NCBI GenBank assembly: GCA_030141605.1
Contig: JAQGDQ010000073.1
Coordinates: forward strand, 620,001 to 684,000
Direction: 5' to 3'
Length of the DNA stretch: 64,000 nt
Origin: Tubiluchus corallicola
Lineage: Eukaryota > Animalia > Priapulida
Each line of letters opens with the position of its first letter. Positions within the stretch are counted from its first letter, which is position 1. The notes under the pieces were generated by a model. That model searched no databases, was not told the DNA's origin, and was given only the letters and a program-made list of their open reading frames with translations. Below, in pieces: positions 1-12,778 of the stretch. The position numbers and the translations under genes are program-made.

Positions 1-1326
1 TTTTAAAATCTTTTATTAAAAAGTGGTTGCATACTAATGTATGCCGATGTAAGATTTAGAAAAGCATTACTCATTTTAGTCTGAGAATTAAGGAACAATA
101 AAACCAGACCTCTATCTGATCTGAATAATGTTTTGTGGTTACATATTCCTGAGTTCGATTTTTTACAGCTGTGAACTGACTTGTTTATTTTCATTTAAGA
201 ATCTACTTTATAAAACACAAAAAACGGTTCTTGTACACAAAGCTAATTCACTGCCATCGTTCATGAAATTGGTATATCCTCCTTATGTACACCCTGTACA
301 TGCAAAAGTGCACAGGTTAATGCGAAATAAACTCCAATATCTCAGCAAAACCGAACTTTGCTCAGTAAGACATTTCTTAAATGCATCCATAACAGTACTA
401 ATAATCATCTTAACTTTCTAAATGCTGAAATTAAAACGCGAAAGAATTTCAAATCTGTTCCATTAGTAACATACGGATTGAATTGACTTGCAGCCAATCA
501 CCAACAATGCTTTCAGTCATTCATGTATGATATCCACCACGATTATTCACTGCATGTAGATAGTTTTGTTTGTTTCGCGCTGTTTGGGATAGAAAAAATA
601 AGAAGAAAAAGAAGACGAACCAAAACAGAAGAAGAGAAATAAGAATGATTTAAAGCCCTTGACGGAGCATAGCGGTAGATCGTTACACCTACCATCTGAT
701 AAATGCTAATTTTCATTTAACCGACCATCGCGCATGCGTACCTCCGCTCACTCTTCATTCACACCTCATGTAATGCAAGGCCAATGAAGCTAAGACGATC
801 TTATTACTTTATTAGCCAAACGGAAAGTTTACCTTTCTGAGGTGTTTGTTTAAAATTATCTCTCTAGTAATCAAACGATCTTTATTTTAATCTGAAGATC
901 GTCAAAGCATTTTTGAAAATAGACCCAGGAATGAGCCGTGGTTATTACACAACCCCTTCGTTATTGTTATGTTTGGCGGCAGTGCACTGTTGTTTATAGT
1001 TTTTAGAGAAGCAGTGGAATGACGTAGAATTTTCTGAACTAACAACAGCCAATTACTCTCCAGTTATGACCGTGTTTTAAGGCGAAGCATTCTAATAATC
1101 AACTAAGCACGGCGCAAACCACGCACACTTCGCCAACCCAAGACAGTCTCTGAGGCACAAGGGAAAAATATCGAATTTCGATAGCAATCAGTACTAATTA
1201 ATTTGCCTGGTTAGAGCCTCTGTGCAAATTTTGAGGTTTGTTGCTACAGAGAATATGGACAAAAATTTTCAACTTTGTTTTTATACCGGCAAATTTGACT
1301 CCTTTATTATTACTATTGTTATTAAT

Positions 1327-4300
1327 TCAGTAATTAACAAAAGCAAATGTAAAATGACAAATCATTACAACAAATGAGAAAATTTCTATTCTTTGATTTC
1401 CATTATAAAAATAGGAACGTCTTGAATACCTTTCATACGTTCGATAATTTATTCTTATTATGGCGTTAGTGATTTTCTCCATATGTGCGAAATCTACTAG
1501 CATTATATTGATTTCGTCATATCCTGCCATTACCCGATCCCATTCAAGCCAGTAGACAATATCTTGGTGAAGGTGTCGGGCGTACATTCCTAAATACTGA
1601 TCCTCATCTTGTATTATGTTATGATACACTCTCTCGGGTGGCAGAAACGCAGGTGTAATGTGGAATTTCAGATCGGACCTTGACCAGAAACGATAGTTGC
1701 GTTTTAGGTATGTCATCAACCGATCCACAGTTAGGCTATCGGTTTTATCGTTTTCCAGAGCATGCAGCTCCTTGCGATCCATGTGAACGTCGGTCCAGAC
1801 ATAGCTCGACCATCTCTGTTTGTGCGCTTCAGGATGTCGGTATATGAAAATAAGTTGATGTTTGTTCCTCCATAGTTCCTTTAAAGTGGGAAATCTATTG
1901 GCGTTTGATGGTGGTGGTGGCGCAACCACGTTGCCAAAAAATACTTTAATATCGTGAAGCACAGTTTCGTGCTGGACCGTTGGCATGTAAAATCCAGTGT
2001 ACTCAAGTATCACAACTTCCTTCCTATGTTCTCTAAGAAAAGAACGAATGTCTTTTATAACTTCACGCACAGGTTTCCCAAGAAAGCCATGCGTAAAGTT
2101 AACTTTTCCATATCGATAAGCAAGCGCACCTTCAAAATATCGCACGCCAACTTTCAGTTGCTCCTTAGGAGAAATAAACTGACTTTGACACCAATTCTGC
2201 AAAAGTCAAATCACAAATATAATTAGGTGCTGTAAAATAGGCATGCACCAGATAGCACTTAGGATGTATGTGTTCAGAATGTGTCACGATGGACTCAGCA
2301 GAACATCAGGATAAATTGGCAGGTTGGCTAAAATAGAGATTGTTAACCTAGAATGTGCCTTTTATGTGGCAACACTGGCTTTCTGTTTTGGGTTTCGCTG
2401 TAGAAAGTGCTTTTATATATTTTGCAATATTGTACGGCAGATTGGTACGTAGCACCTGCCTGATTATCACAGCTGTCATCGCCATACCTAGCAGACGTAC
2501 TGCTATCTAACATCACTGTTCCTACTTGCTGTACAGTCAGGCATCTCTGTACTTACATGATGTATTGCATCCGGTATCACTATCAATTTAGCGTCATCAA
2601 ACTTGTTAACCATAAACAGGTGTCAAACAGGCCTCCCATACCTAACATCATTGCACCTATCTAAAGAGTCATGTCTGCTATCACCTGGGTACTTTTTTAC
2701 TTTTTGCATCATACTTATTTATTTATTTACTTTTATTTCACATTCATTAAAATATATATTGAAAAATAAACTATAAAACAATGAAAACATGAATGTGGGC
2801 AGAGACGTAAAGAGACAAGCTGCTTACATACACCTATCATACACAAGCTGTTTATCAAAACTCAAAAACTCCAATCTACTTTTGAAAAGTTTAGCCAGCA
2901 GTGATCAGACGCGCATCATTTACTGAACTGGGTAAGAAAGTCTACACTTGAACAACACGGTTGGAGAAAAAATACCCAAAATCTCTACGAACATACACTT
3001 GAGACTATGGTTACTTTTTGTCCACTGAGTGAGTACTCTTGTAAAATGTTTTTCGGAAATCATAGGTATATGGTTTACCGCATATTACGTCACTGTACTT
3101 CGATGATGTGCACTATGCTGGCTGGGATGGATCGCCGTATCTACCCATTGCACCTGATCTGCATTATCCTACTTTTGTGATATACAGCATATATGTGATA
3201 AGACATCACTGTACTTAAACGGATGTACTGCATCTGGCATCTGCTTGGCTCACTATCCATCCCTAATATATCCCATCTACATCACTGTACTTCACTACCA
3301 TAACCCACATTTACATCAATATACCTATGTGATGTACTGCATTTCACGTCAATTGTGTTTACCTAATGTACCTTCTCTGCCATCGGCGCATCTACTGAAC
3401 ATCAGTATACTCACTGCAACAATCACCTCAGAGGACAAACCGAACGCACTTGTAATTCAACAAAAAAGCCTAGATACAACTTCAGAATTAAATTAGTTCA
3501 AAATAGAAAAACACTAACGTCTAAAAATTGACGTACTACTTAGTAGATTCCATAGCGATAATGAAAGTTTTACATTTTCTAATTTAGCTTCATCAAATTT
3601 GTTAGCTATTATGCGTTAGTGCCGCAAACTATCACGTAGCGAAGAAAAGTAACTACGACAACTCAAACACTAAGTAATAATCAACTCTAACTAATCTATT
3701 AATTCAAAGTAAAATTTAACATTAAAAGAAACAGGCTTATATCCAAATAGTATACCATGCAGACTAGTTTATCGAGATTCAAACAGCCCCCTCCATTCGC
3801 ATCTGCCATGTTGCTTTCGTTAATTGCTTTCATCAATAGATATAAACTGTTGTAACCCAGTCCACTAGATATAACGTTTCATGAATAGCAGTCCAAAACG
3901 GCTGTGTTCCAGTGCTAGCTCTTTCGTTATTCTATCTCATTAGCGAAAAAGATATCTACTTCTACACCAACGTCCATTCCATATCAGTATTTCGTAGGTC
4001 ACACTATTACATCAAGTCGAAAACACCAATCACAAATAACAAGTCAGCTCCTTGAAGAGAGAGACGTTACGGGCATGAGGTACAACTAACTCAGATGCAG
4101 GCAAATTCAGTATTTATAACTCTTAGAGTATGCACACGGAGCTTGTAATGTCACATATTTACCAGGAAGTACTGAACATCTTTTTTAAGCCTTATTGTTT
4201 GCTACTCATCACTGACCACCGCAGAGAATTTAAACAAGCTAATTACACAATACCGAGGGCATCTACTTGCTTATCATAGATAATAATTAAGCCGCATTAA

Positions 4301-6671
4301 TATGATGACATCCTTTAAGTACACAACGTTAACCGTTAGTCTTAATTCACAATACTGCTAGCTGATCAGTATCATTTGGAAACAACAGTTTTTTCTATAA
4401 AAGAACGAAGTATTATCCTGACCACCACACAACAACAACTTGTTCAGCATTTCATACGTTTTTCATTCATTTAAACTATGCATACGACCATTTTAATAGT
4501 AATACTTTATATTTATATGGTGTGCGTGCATCTAAAGCTAATTACAAACTCTGAATGTTAATTGTATCAGTGAATATCTAGTAAATGTCACTGAATATCA
4601 GTGATTTGTATTAAATATATTTATAAGGATGAGTAATATGCGGCCCCAAACTTTGGGTTGGTAGAAAAAGTTGTTTGTTAGCTTTGAAACATATGTTGGA
4701 ATGATTGAACTGAGCAACCAGTGTACCAGTAAAAGTTAGCGGTTGCATTTAATTGCATTGATACAGTTAATTGGTACAATATTCGTAATAATTTACTGTA
4801 CACTACGTTTCTGCATTAAATAAAATGTTAGAATAATATAATAAAAACGTTTTCATTAACTTTTGCTTTGTCTACTTTTACGCTTTTCAGCCACAACGGC
4901 GAAAATTTTCTTCAATAAACAAAAGAGAAACCGTTTATCATTAGTTTTTTAACTTTAGATTCTAAATTTAAAAGAAGAAATATGCGAAAATCAGGTTGAA
5001 CATATTTTATAATTGGCTGACTGTGAACAATTTGACAAAAACTTTTTAACGATGCCTTTTGATAAGTACCTAATCGTTGTTATAGTGGTTCTTCAACTTT
5101 TAATTTTACGTTGCAAATGGTCTTGCAGTGAAAGAAACGTAAGGGTTTCCTACCTTAAGGACTGTCCTTTTGTTGTTCAACTGCAATCCTGGTACACAGT
5201 TTCCTGGTCCAAAATCTGAAGATTTGGTAAAACTATCCGTAAACGAATTGTGCGAACCTGAATAATAAAAACTCAGTATTTGTGGCAGCATTTGCTATGG
5301 GAGTAATATCAATCCTCATTTGGCTTCAGCGCTTTAGTGGATCACTACTCCTGATGCACAGGTTTTATGATTATACCTTGTCTGACCAAAATCTCTTAGT
5401 ATGATAAGAATTTTAGAGTCCACAAAAGGCTGAAACGGGACGCATCTTTCAGAAGTTTTTATACTAAGCAGTTATGGCACTGAATCAGCCCGAAGTCGAA
5501 ATAACTCATGTTCGATGGTTAGGTTTTAACTCTGGAAAGGTTATAATTATTGATGAGATTGATGAGAACTCTGCTACTGAACAAATAAACCGACCATTAG
5601 CAAAGTAAATTAAATGCAAACATTGCAGAGTACCTTTAAAATGGAAATATAATCAAACTTGCATAGTTTTGAAAACAGGGATATATTTTGTAACTGCGGA
5701 AATTTTAGTCGGGGATATTCGGTTGAGGACGAACACGGCATTGTAGGCACTTGGCATGATGAACAACTTTTTCATTTTCCAAACCAGACTTAATGAAAAG
5801 AAAATTTACTCAACCTAGATTTGAACAATGTGTTTTGGATGGCAAGTCCAACGTTATAAGTAAGACCAAACCCAGCTCCTTGCGATCATAACAGATTCCT
5901 AACATAATCATAATCTTTAGTTACGCTAGAGAAATCTTTTGCTAATTAGATTACTTCTTGTAAATTAATTTTGATTCAATGGTCCACTGTAACTAATTTT
6001 AATTTAAAATTGTTCACAATCCTAATTTCGATATTTTTTATTAAGTAATGAACCGTAGTTATTGAATTTCTGACCGAAAGTAAGTAAATGGCAAAAACCT
6101 TGAACTGAGCCTTGATTTGAACCAAAGTGCTTAAAAACACAAGCTCAGCGATATGAGAACTAAACCAAAAATGTTTTGTAATCATGGCAGCTCATAATTA
6201 AATTTTAATAGCTCGGTTCCACGTGCTTGGCGTGCTTGGGTATTTGGTTAAAAATATAATACAAATATTATATACTGTAGCTCAACAAAGCCATATTATA
6301 AATGTTGTAAATAACTAACTAACTGCACTGCTATATTAACTTATATGTTTGATAGTTACTTATGATATGTACTGTGTGTAATTGAAATATTAGTCTCTGT
6401 GTCTTTGTTCTGAAATAAAAGTATTCAAGGAATAAATGCATAATTTTCAGTTAGCAGATACAAGAGCTCATACTCAAATTGCAAAATGATGTAAGAAAGC
6501 AAGCAGCTAAAGAACTAATGACATACCAGGTATAGCTAGGGCATTGATAGGAACATTTGCCGTTATAGAATCTGGTAATTCCGACATCCATTTTTCCCTG
6601 TTTATACGTGCGTTAGCGTGCTGTAGTAATCTACAAAACACCAACAAACCGGACACGAAACAGCACTTCAT
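1327..6671 (-). CDS. PI-PLC X domain-containing (PLCXD-like) protein A, secreted and possibly GPI-anchored; exons 6671-6527, 5257-5154, 2196-1327 (~372 aa)
   Basis: Spliced by eye with GT-AG sites and consistent phases (1, 0). Exon 1 MKCCFVSGLLVFCRLLQHANA-RINREKWMSELPDSITANVPINALAIPG; exon 2 SHNSFTDSF...GPGNCVP...TVLK; exon 3 NWCQSQ...EQLKVGVRYFE...FTHG...FLREHRKEVVIL...FPTLKELW...INIMLVDF. These match the PLCXD motifs WM..LP, L.IPGSH.S, QL..GVRYFD, HG, EVVIL, NII..DF. C-terminus is hydrophobic. Confidence 0.88.
2440..3420. repeat. Degenerate minisatellite-like array (core CATCACTGTACTT...GATGTACTGCATC) in intron 2 of PLCXD-A, split by a LINE fragment
   Basis: The core recurs near 2511, 2542, 3088, 3204, 3279 and 3399. 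Confidence 0.55.
2860..3060 (-). mobile_element. 3' fragment of a CR1/L2-type LINE
   Basis: Minus-strand translation RDFGYFFSNRVVQV*TFLPSSV...FKSRLE resembles the CR1-group ORF2 C-terminal motif FFS.RVV..WN.LP..V...FK..LD. Confidence 0.5.
4084..4118 (-). promoter_or_regulatory. Candidate TATA + Inr core promoter inside PLCXD-A intron 2
   Basis: Minus-strand TATAAATA (4118-4111) lies 31 nt upstream of the A in an Inr-like TTAGTT (+1 at about 4087). Confidence 0.3.
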
Positions 6672-7578
6672 TAGGATTTAGACGAAAAAATGAAAGCACT
6701 GTTTTTTGCCAGCACTGTTTAACGCCTCTGGATATCATAATAAACAAACAACAAAGTTTCTGTTGTTAGGTCACACGTCATGCTATTCATGAATTCATGA
6801 CGCAAAGTGCTAGAGACCAATACGCATCCAAGCGCGCAACTATATCCATCACAAAAAACAACAATATTCAGTGCAGCGGCTGAGTTGTTGCCAAAATGTA
6901 ACAGCAACACCAACTGGCGCAGCTATTACCGCTATTGCCGTTAACGACAACAACAACAATAATAATTAATTATGAAATAGAATTTTAAATAGCAGTAATG
7001 TGATTTTTCTAGCATAATTGATACGGATATTCGACATAAGTCATCGTACATCCAATATTGGAACTCATTATTAACCTCTGCATTTATTATTTAAACTAAC
7101 CTGTGCTCCTCTTGAACAGTTTTCTATCTTGTGTATTTAGTTTTATAATCTGTATCACTTATTTGTTTTTATATAGTGCTTTGTGTATTGATTTAAATCT
7201 ATCTCACTCTCATCGCAGATGCTTCGATACTATGCTGGATTGCGGTCCCGTCACAGTTATGTGTATTAATTAACTCCTGTCGTTGAAGTATAAATCCTGG
7301 TTTACAGTGATAAATATTTTGCTAAAATTGAAACTTAGCTCTTAACCAAGCTTCTCGTTACACCTCAAAACAATCGAAATCAGCAAAATATGAATGGAAA
7401 ATTCGTTTTTAACTGCTAATAAATTCTAAACAGCAAAGAAAACATGATGAAGAGGCATAGTAAGTTTGTGAAATAATCCACATTAATTCATCTGGATCCA
7501 TTGTTTGTAAAAAATATCCATCTTGACGTATAATCTCGCTTGTATTTATTGTCTTATTTATTTATTTATTATTAGTAG

Positions 7579-10055
7579 TCAACGATAAGTAGCTACATAA
7601 CCGAAGAATGCAAATACAAAAACAGGAATTATATCGCACTGATTCAAGGGAGAACGAGAATCAGGTAAATCTGCCGTTACTCGAATTAGATTCGCCTTAT
7701 AAGTTCGACCATTTGTAAGTATTATTTCATCGATTATTCCACTTTTTTGTACAAAATCTAGCAGCACAATATTAACGGTACCTACATCGGTACCTGCTTT
7801 AACATTATCAGCACTAAACCAGTCGACAACTTTACTGTTGATTTGCTTGGCGTATATTCCTAAATATTCATCGCTTTGTCTAAGTGTTGCCGGGTTGACC
7901 GTTTCCACTGGTAAGAAAGCCGGTGTGACGTAGAATTGGCTAACGTTTCTGAGTTTTTGTTGGTGGTTGTACTTCAGTTTTTCAATTAAGTTCGTAACGT
8001 TTATGTCCTCAATTGTACCTTGTACCCATGCTTCAACTTCGCTCCTGTCCATGTGTCTGCCTGGCCAGAAGAAGTCTTTCATTTGCGGCTCCTCTGCCCT
8101 GGAATTATGGTATATAAGAATAACTTGTCGGTTTTCATTCCAAAGGTCCTTTAAGGTAGGGAACGTTGTATTCTGGCCACTAATGCTCGGTGGTGGGGCC
8201 AGCATATCCTTAAATATTTTTTTAGTGTAGGTGAGTATACTGTCATGCAGAACTGATGGTATGCCATAAAAATCAGTGAAATCAATGACCACAACTTCTT
8301 TTTTGTGAGAACGTAAAAAACTGTAAATTTCGCGCTCAATGTGATCTAACCGGTTGCAGAGGAGGCCGTTTGTGAAGTTTAGGTAACCGTGTTCATCCTC
8401 GTATGAGAAACGATGAGCCAGTCTAGCTTCGAAGTAGCGTATGCCTTTTATTAATTGTTCTTCAGGCGAAACATTCTGGCATTTACACCAACGCTGAAAA
8501 AACAATAGGTAACATTTAAAGGAAGGACCTACCCTCGAAGAACATTTATATTATTTTAATATACAATAACAGATATTGAAATCAACACACAATATATGTA
8601 CATGGAATGCTTTGCTTAAAAAGGTAAAAGAAATTTGATTATTTTTTATCTCCCACCAAACGAACGTCGCTGCTGGTATATATATAAAGAAAATGATGTA
8701 AGCTGGTCTGCTGGGCAGCGTGAATGCTGTGAAGGCAAGCTGTGATGAAAGTACGCGTTGAGAAAGTTCTACAGTTCACTCTGAAGCTCAATTATTCTAG
8801 GGTTGTACTTAACTGTGTTTATGTAAAAATTAGTCGTTTGATCAATTATGACCAAGGTTAAAGTGGTTACATAGCTTTAACCCAACAGGATTATACCGTA
8901 AAATGTGTAAGAAGTATACATTAATTGCGTAAATGTAATTAATTTACAGACTTTTGTTGACAGATAGATACAGAGGGTGCCTGTTACGTAATTTGAGCTT
9001 TGCTCAGTTTATACAAGCTATGCGAATGTATGCGAACGTATATTTACTTATATACGTGATGAGAATATATGTAGTTGAGCGGATATGAGTGTGCTTAGTG
9101 AAACAAACCCGACACCTGTCAGTTAATGGATCACAGACGAATGCTAAAAACAGTTTTGTGATTTTATTTACCACTTTGTTTTCTTTCATTTCTGCTGCTG
9201 AGTAAGCATGTGTACGTCTAGGAGCGTAGGTAGAACACCTCTGTTTGTTTAGTGTTTCAGTTTAGAAGACTATTCATGATTAATCAGGTTCAGGCTAAAG
9301 CCTGTTTCTCTGTGCTGATGTTATGTCAAAATATCCTCTATATAAGACTGGCACAAGGTCTGCTATAAACTACAGATCAGTATTTACATACCAGGAAGAT
9401 TTCATTGCCGAAACTTGAGTTGGCTGGCAAACATTTGTCTGGTCCTTGGGTGGTGTCAGCGGTGAAAGTACTACTGAGTGAACCGTGTGATCCTGAACGA
9501 AAAGAGAATGTCATTTTAACAGGTGCTTAACTGTTAGTAGTAGAATAAAAAGGAAATGGTTCTTTTGAACATTCATATAGCACTATTTCACACTGCATGG
9601 CTGATAACGAACAAGATATAGTTAAACCGGTAAGCAGCACCGGGGCCTGAAAGAGAATGTTGGGCCACCGGGCAATCGAATCATCGAAGGCATATCCTCT
9701 AAATATTTGAAAATAAATGAAGGCTTTATGAAAGCCAATATGAAGGCTTTATGTTGACATAAATAAGTACATGTGCAAAGAAAGTCACTATGCTAACGAC
9801 TTTGACAAAGAAGGTGTGAAGGTCACAGATTTGTTTTATTCACGTCATTAATTAAAGATGCTACAGCAATTAAATGTGCTACATGTAATTAAGTGTGCAA
9901 ATGTATTTGGCCTTACCTGGTAAAGCCAGCGCGTTAATAGGAACTTTTTCTGTGATGTGGTCCGGCAGTTGTTCCATCCATCGCTCGTTCTGTTGTGCAA
10001 TAACCAACAACAGACACTGAAGTAAAAGCAAACACCAAAACAATTTCAACAGCAT
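7579..10055 (-). CDS. PI-PLC X domain-containing (PLCXD-like) protein B, tandem paralog, secreted and possibly GPI-anchored; exons 10055-9917, 9492-9392, 8493-7579 (~384 aa)
   Basis: Exon 1 MLLKLFWCLLLLQCLLLVIA-QQNERWMEQLPDHITEKVPINALALPG (signal peptide); exon 2 SHGSLSSTF...GPDKCLP...EIFL; exon 3 RWCKCQ...EQLIKGIRYFEAR...FLRSHKKEVVVIDF...FPTLKDLW...VNIVLLDF...IIPVFVFAFFGYVATYR*. Intron positions and phases are the same as in paralog A. Confidence 0.9.
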
Positions 10056-11865
10056 CCAAATTCAATACAATGTTGATGCCAAAGAAATCCGTTTTGGTGA
10101 GTGCATGGCTTTGTTTGGGTTGTTATGAACCACGTTGCCACAGCGACCAGCATAGCAACATGTACACTTATTTTCTTCCAACTATTTAATGCCTATATAA
10201 TCTCACGGTTTTTGATTTAAAACCTATAGACCTATTAATTATCAACTTACAATGCCCAGCATAAAATATTTAATGTAGGGAGACTCAACTCTTTAGAAAT
10301 ATGTTTATACCTGAGTGATCTTTAACGCTCGTATTTTTGCTTATCTTAATTGAAGCCCAAATATTTTAAGTTCGCAGATATAATAACCTCACCATGTTTC
10401 CAAATATCACGGTTATATCTTTTTTAATTGCCTTACTTACCATTGTTTTTCTGCATGTATTGTGATAAATTTGAATTTGAAACAACTGTAGTTCTGCGTG
10501 TAAAATCCATAGACCTGATGCCAATATAAGTGATAATATTGCAGTTCATTAATAACATATGACAAGCATAGCGTATGTGCAAGCATCAACGATGAAGATG
10601 TGAAGTTCTGCAACCACCACCGGTTTGATGTGTGACTGCCTCTTAAGTACTTGCGTGACGTCATATGTACGTCATGTGTTTTGGAATGGGTTCTCACTAC
10701 ACAACACACATTGCCAGACTTTTTCTTTACTTATGCTTTCTTTTTGTTTTGAGAAAAGTTTATAAAGAAAGCGAAATTTTATGATAATCATTCTACTGCA
10801 AGGCTTGTATTACATCGTCTGTCGTCAATTACACCACTCTGCGTCATTACAAGCACAAATCATCATTACCGCCCGCCGTCATATACGGCGACACACTGTC
10901 ATCAGCAGGTACAGCGTGATAAGATAAGATGAAATGCACTTTATAGCAGGTAGACATACACACACACTCACATATAAAATACTGTCACAATAAATTAATT
11001 TACAAATAAAAAAATTGGCAAAATGCATGCACAAAAATTTAAACTTATTAGATGTCTTCTGCATACAGCCAATTTATCCAATATTGATACATTTTAGATA
11101 AAAAGATACAATGGGTGTTAAAAGTTTCATTTATCGAAATGTTATGATTATTAAAAAGCCGCATTTTCAGACAGTAAATAGTTTTCCGTAGATTAACGTC
11201 CAAAAGGACCAATCGCGATCAAAACGCATGCTTCTGGCAGAGCAATCAGAGGGTTGTTTAAAAAAGCACGCGTATTCTTTTATTATATAGTGACTTTCAT
11301 ACGTTTAAAACTATAATGTAGTAAAAGCTGTGCTAAAGTTGGGCATCAAAATGCTCAGGACATCGTGAAAGCACATCCCATTACAACTTACAAACATTAA
11401 CTCATTGTGCAATACAATGCAAAAACTCTACGCTTGTAAACGTGTGAATCAACTAGTACGAACTGATAAAGAACCACGTACTGTGTCAGATTAGCAATCA
11501 CTGGCTTATAACAACGCGTGAAGCAAACCGAACTGGGAAAGCCAGAAAAGAGTGTATTTAATATAGATGACGAATTTGAACAGAATAGCAACAAGTTCTT
11601 TGTTTCATTTGTAACCACTTTATTACCATCGTCAGAAAATTTGTTAAATAACCTGTATATAGATTGCTCAATTGTAACTTCGCTTATAAATTATTCATTT
11701 TTCACTTTAATTCATTAATATGCATTTACTATATTTAACAAATATGACCTTGCTAGAACGACGAATAAGCTTAGAAATATAACATTCTTTTAAACAAATG
11801 TTATCCTATTAATTTAACAGGAAAAGATAAACACGAAATATATGTTTTCATAAAAAACATTAATA

Positions 11866-11879
11866 TTATTATTATTATT

Positions 11880-11936
<57 letters not shown>

Positions 11937-11981
11937 GGTGTTGTTGTTGTTGGTGTTGGTGTTGTTGTTGTTGTTGTTGTT

Positions 11982-12028
<47 letters not shown>
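11866..12028. repeat. (TTA)n-(TTG)n trinucleotide microsatellite
   Basis: Directly visible; it produces the spurious poly-Leu ORF. Confidence 0.97.
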
Positions 12029-12778
12029 ATGCGGATCACGGAAACAAGTTATGGCCTAAGTTAATAAATTATGAACAACAGACATTTTAGTTAGAGTTTA
12101 AGTGTAAAAAACAAGTTAATTTAACTTGCAGCTACTGTCTACAAAGTGGTATTTTAATCGGCCTAGTAATGTCAGAATCAAAGAAGCTATTACTACTTTG
12201 AAATATGCAATGGCTACTATGGCTACATTAAAATTAAAGTACTATTTATTTTACTTATAAAATTTCTTTAGTGTCATTAAGACATACGTACTTACAAACT
12301 TTACTGTTATGTTTAAAAATTGCGCGTTTGAAAACGTAAACGTGTTAACAGTGAACACGAATACCATGTTTTGAGCGTACGCACATTTACCTTCTCCGGT
12401 TCATCCGGCTAGGTTATAATGATGGTGACGCGGTAGGTCAAATAATGTGACGAGGCCTTTAGATTTACAATAATTCAGCTACATCACCTAATTAAAACCG
12501 AAATAGTTTGTAGACCGTCTTAATATCATGCGCTTGCCATTAGTTGAGTTAAAGACACGTGATGCACCGTTGCTACGTGAATGCTAAGAAACTGCCGCGT
12601 TATTGCCACTGTCGCTGTTACCCATGAAATGTACAAGAGCCTCATCCTCATCCTCGCTCACACCGAAGTTGTTTTGAGTAGTAGAGTCCGGCTAATGTAA
12701 GTTTGCTAAAAGCACGCCGCTATTAAATATTATAAGAAAGGAACTTTAGAAATAAAAATACTTCAATATTGAAACTAA

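Noticed and set aside
128-421. 97-aa ORF at the window start
   Set aside because: No motif or codon signal. A nearby GCGCATGCG (NRF1-like, near 730) hints at a promoter, but no gene could be defined.
5805-5880. tRNA-like B-box sequences (also near 16050)
   Set aside because: No cloverleaf; at most decayed tRNA-derived SINE heads.
11881-12090. Poly-Leu ORF
   Set aside because: It is the translation of the (TTG)n microsatellite.
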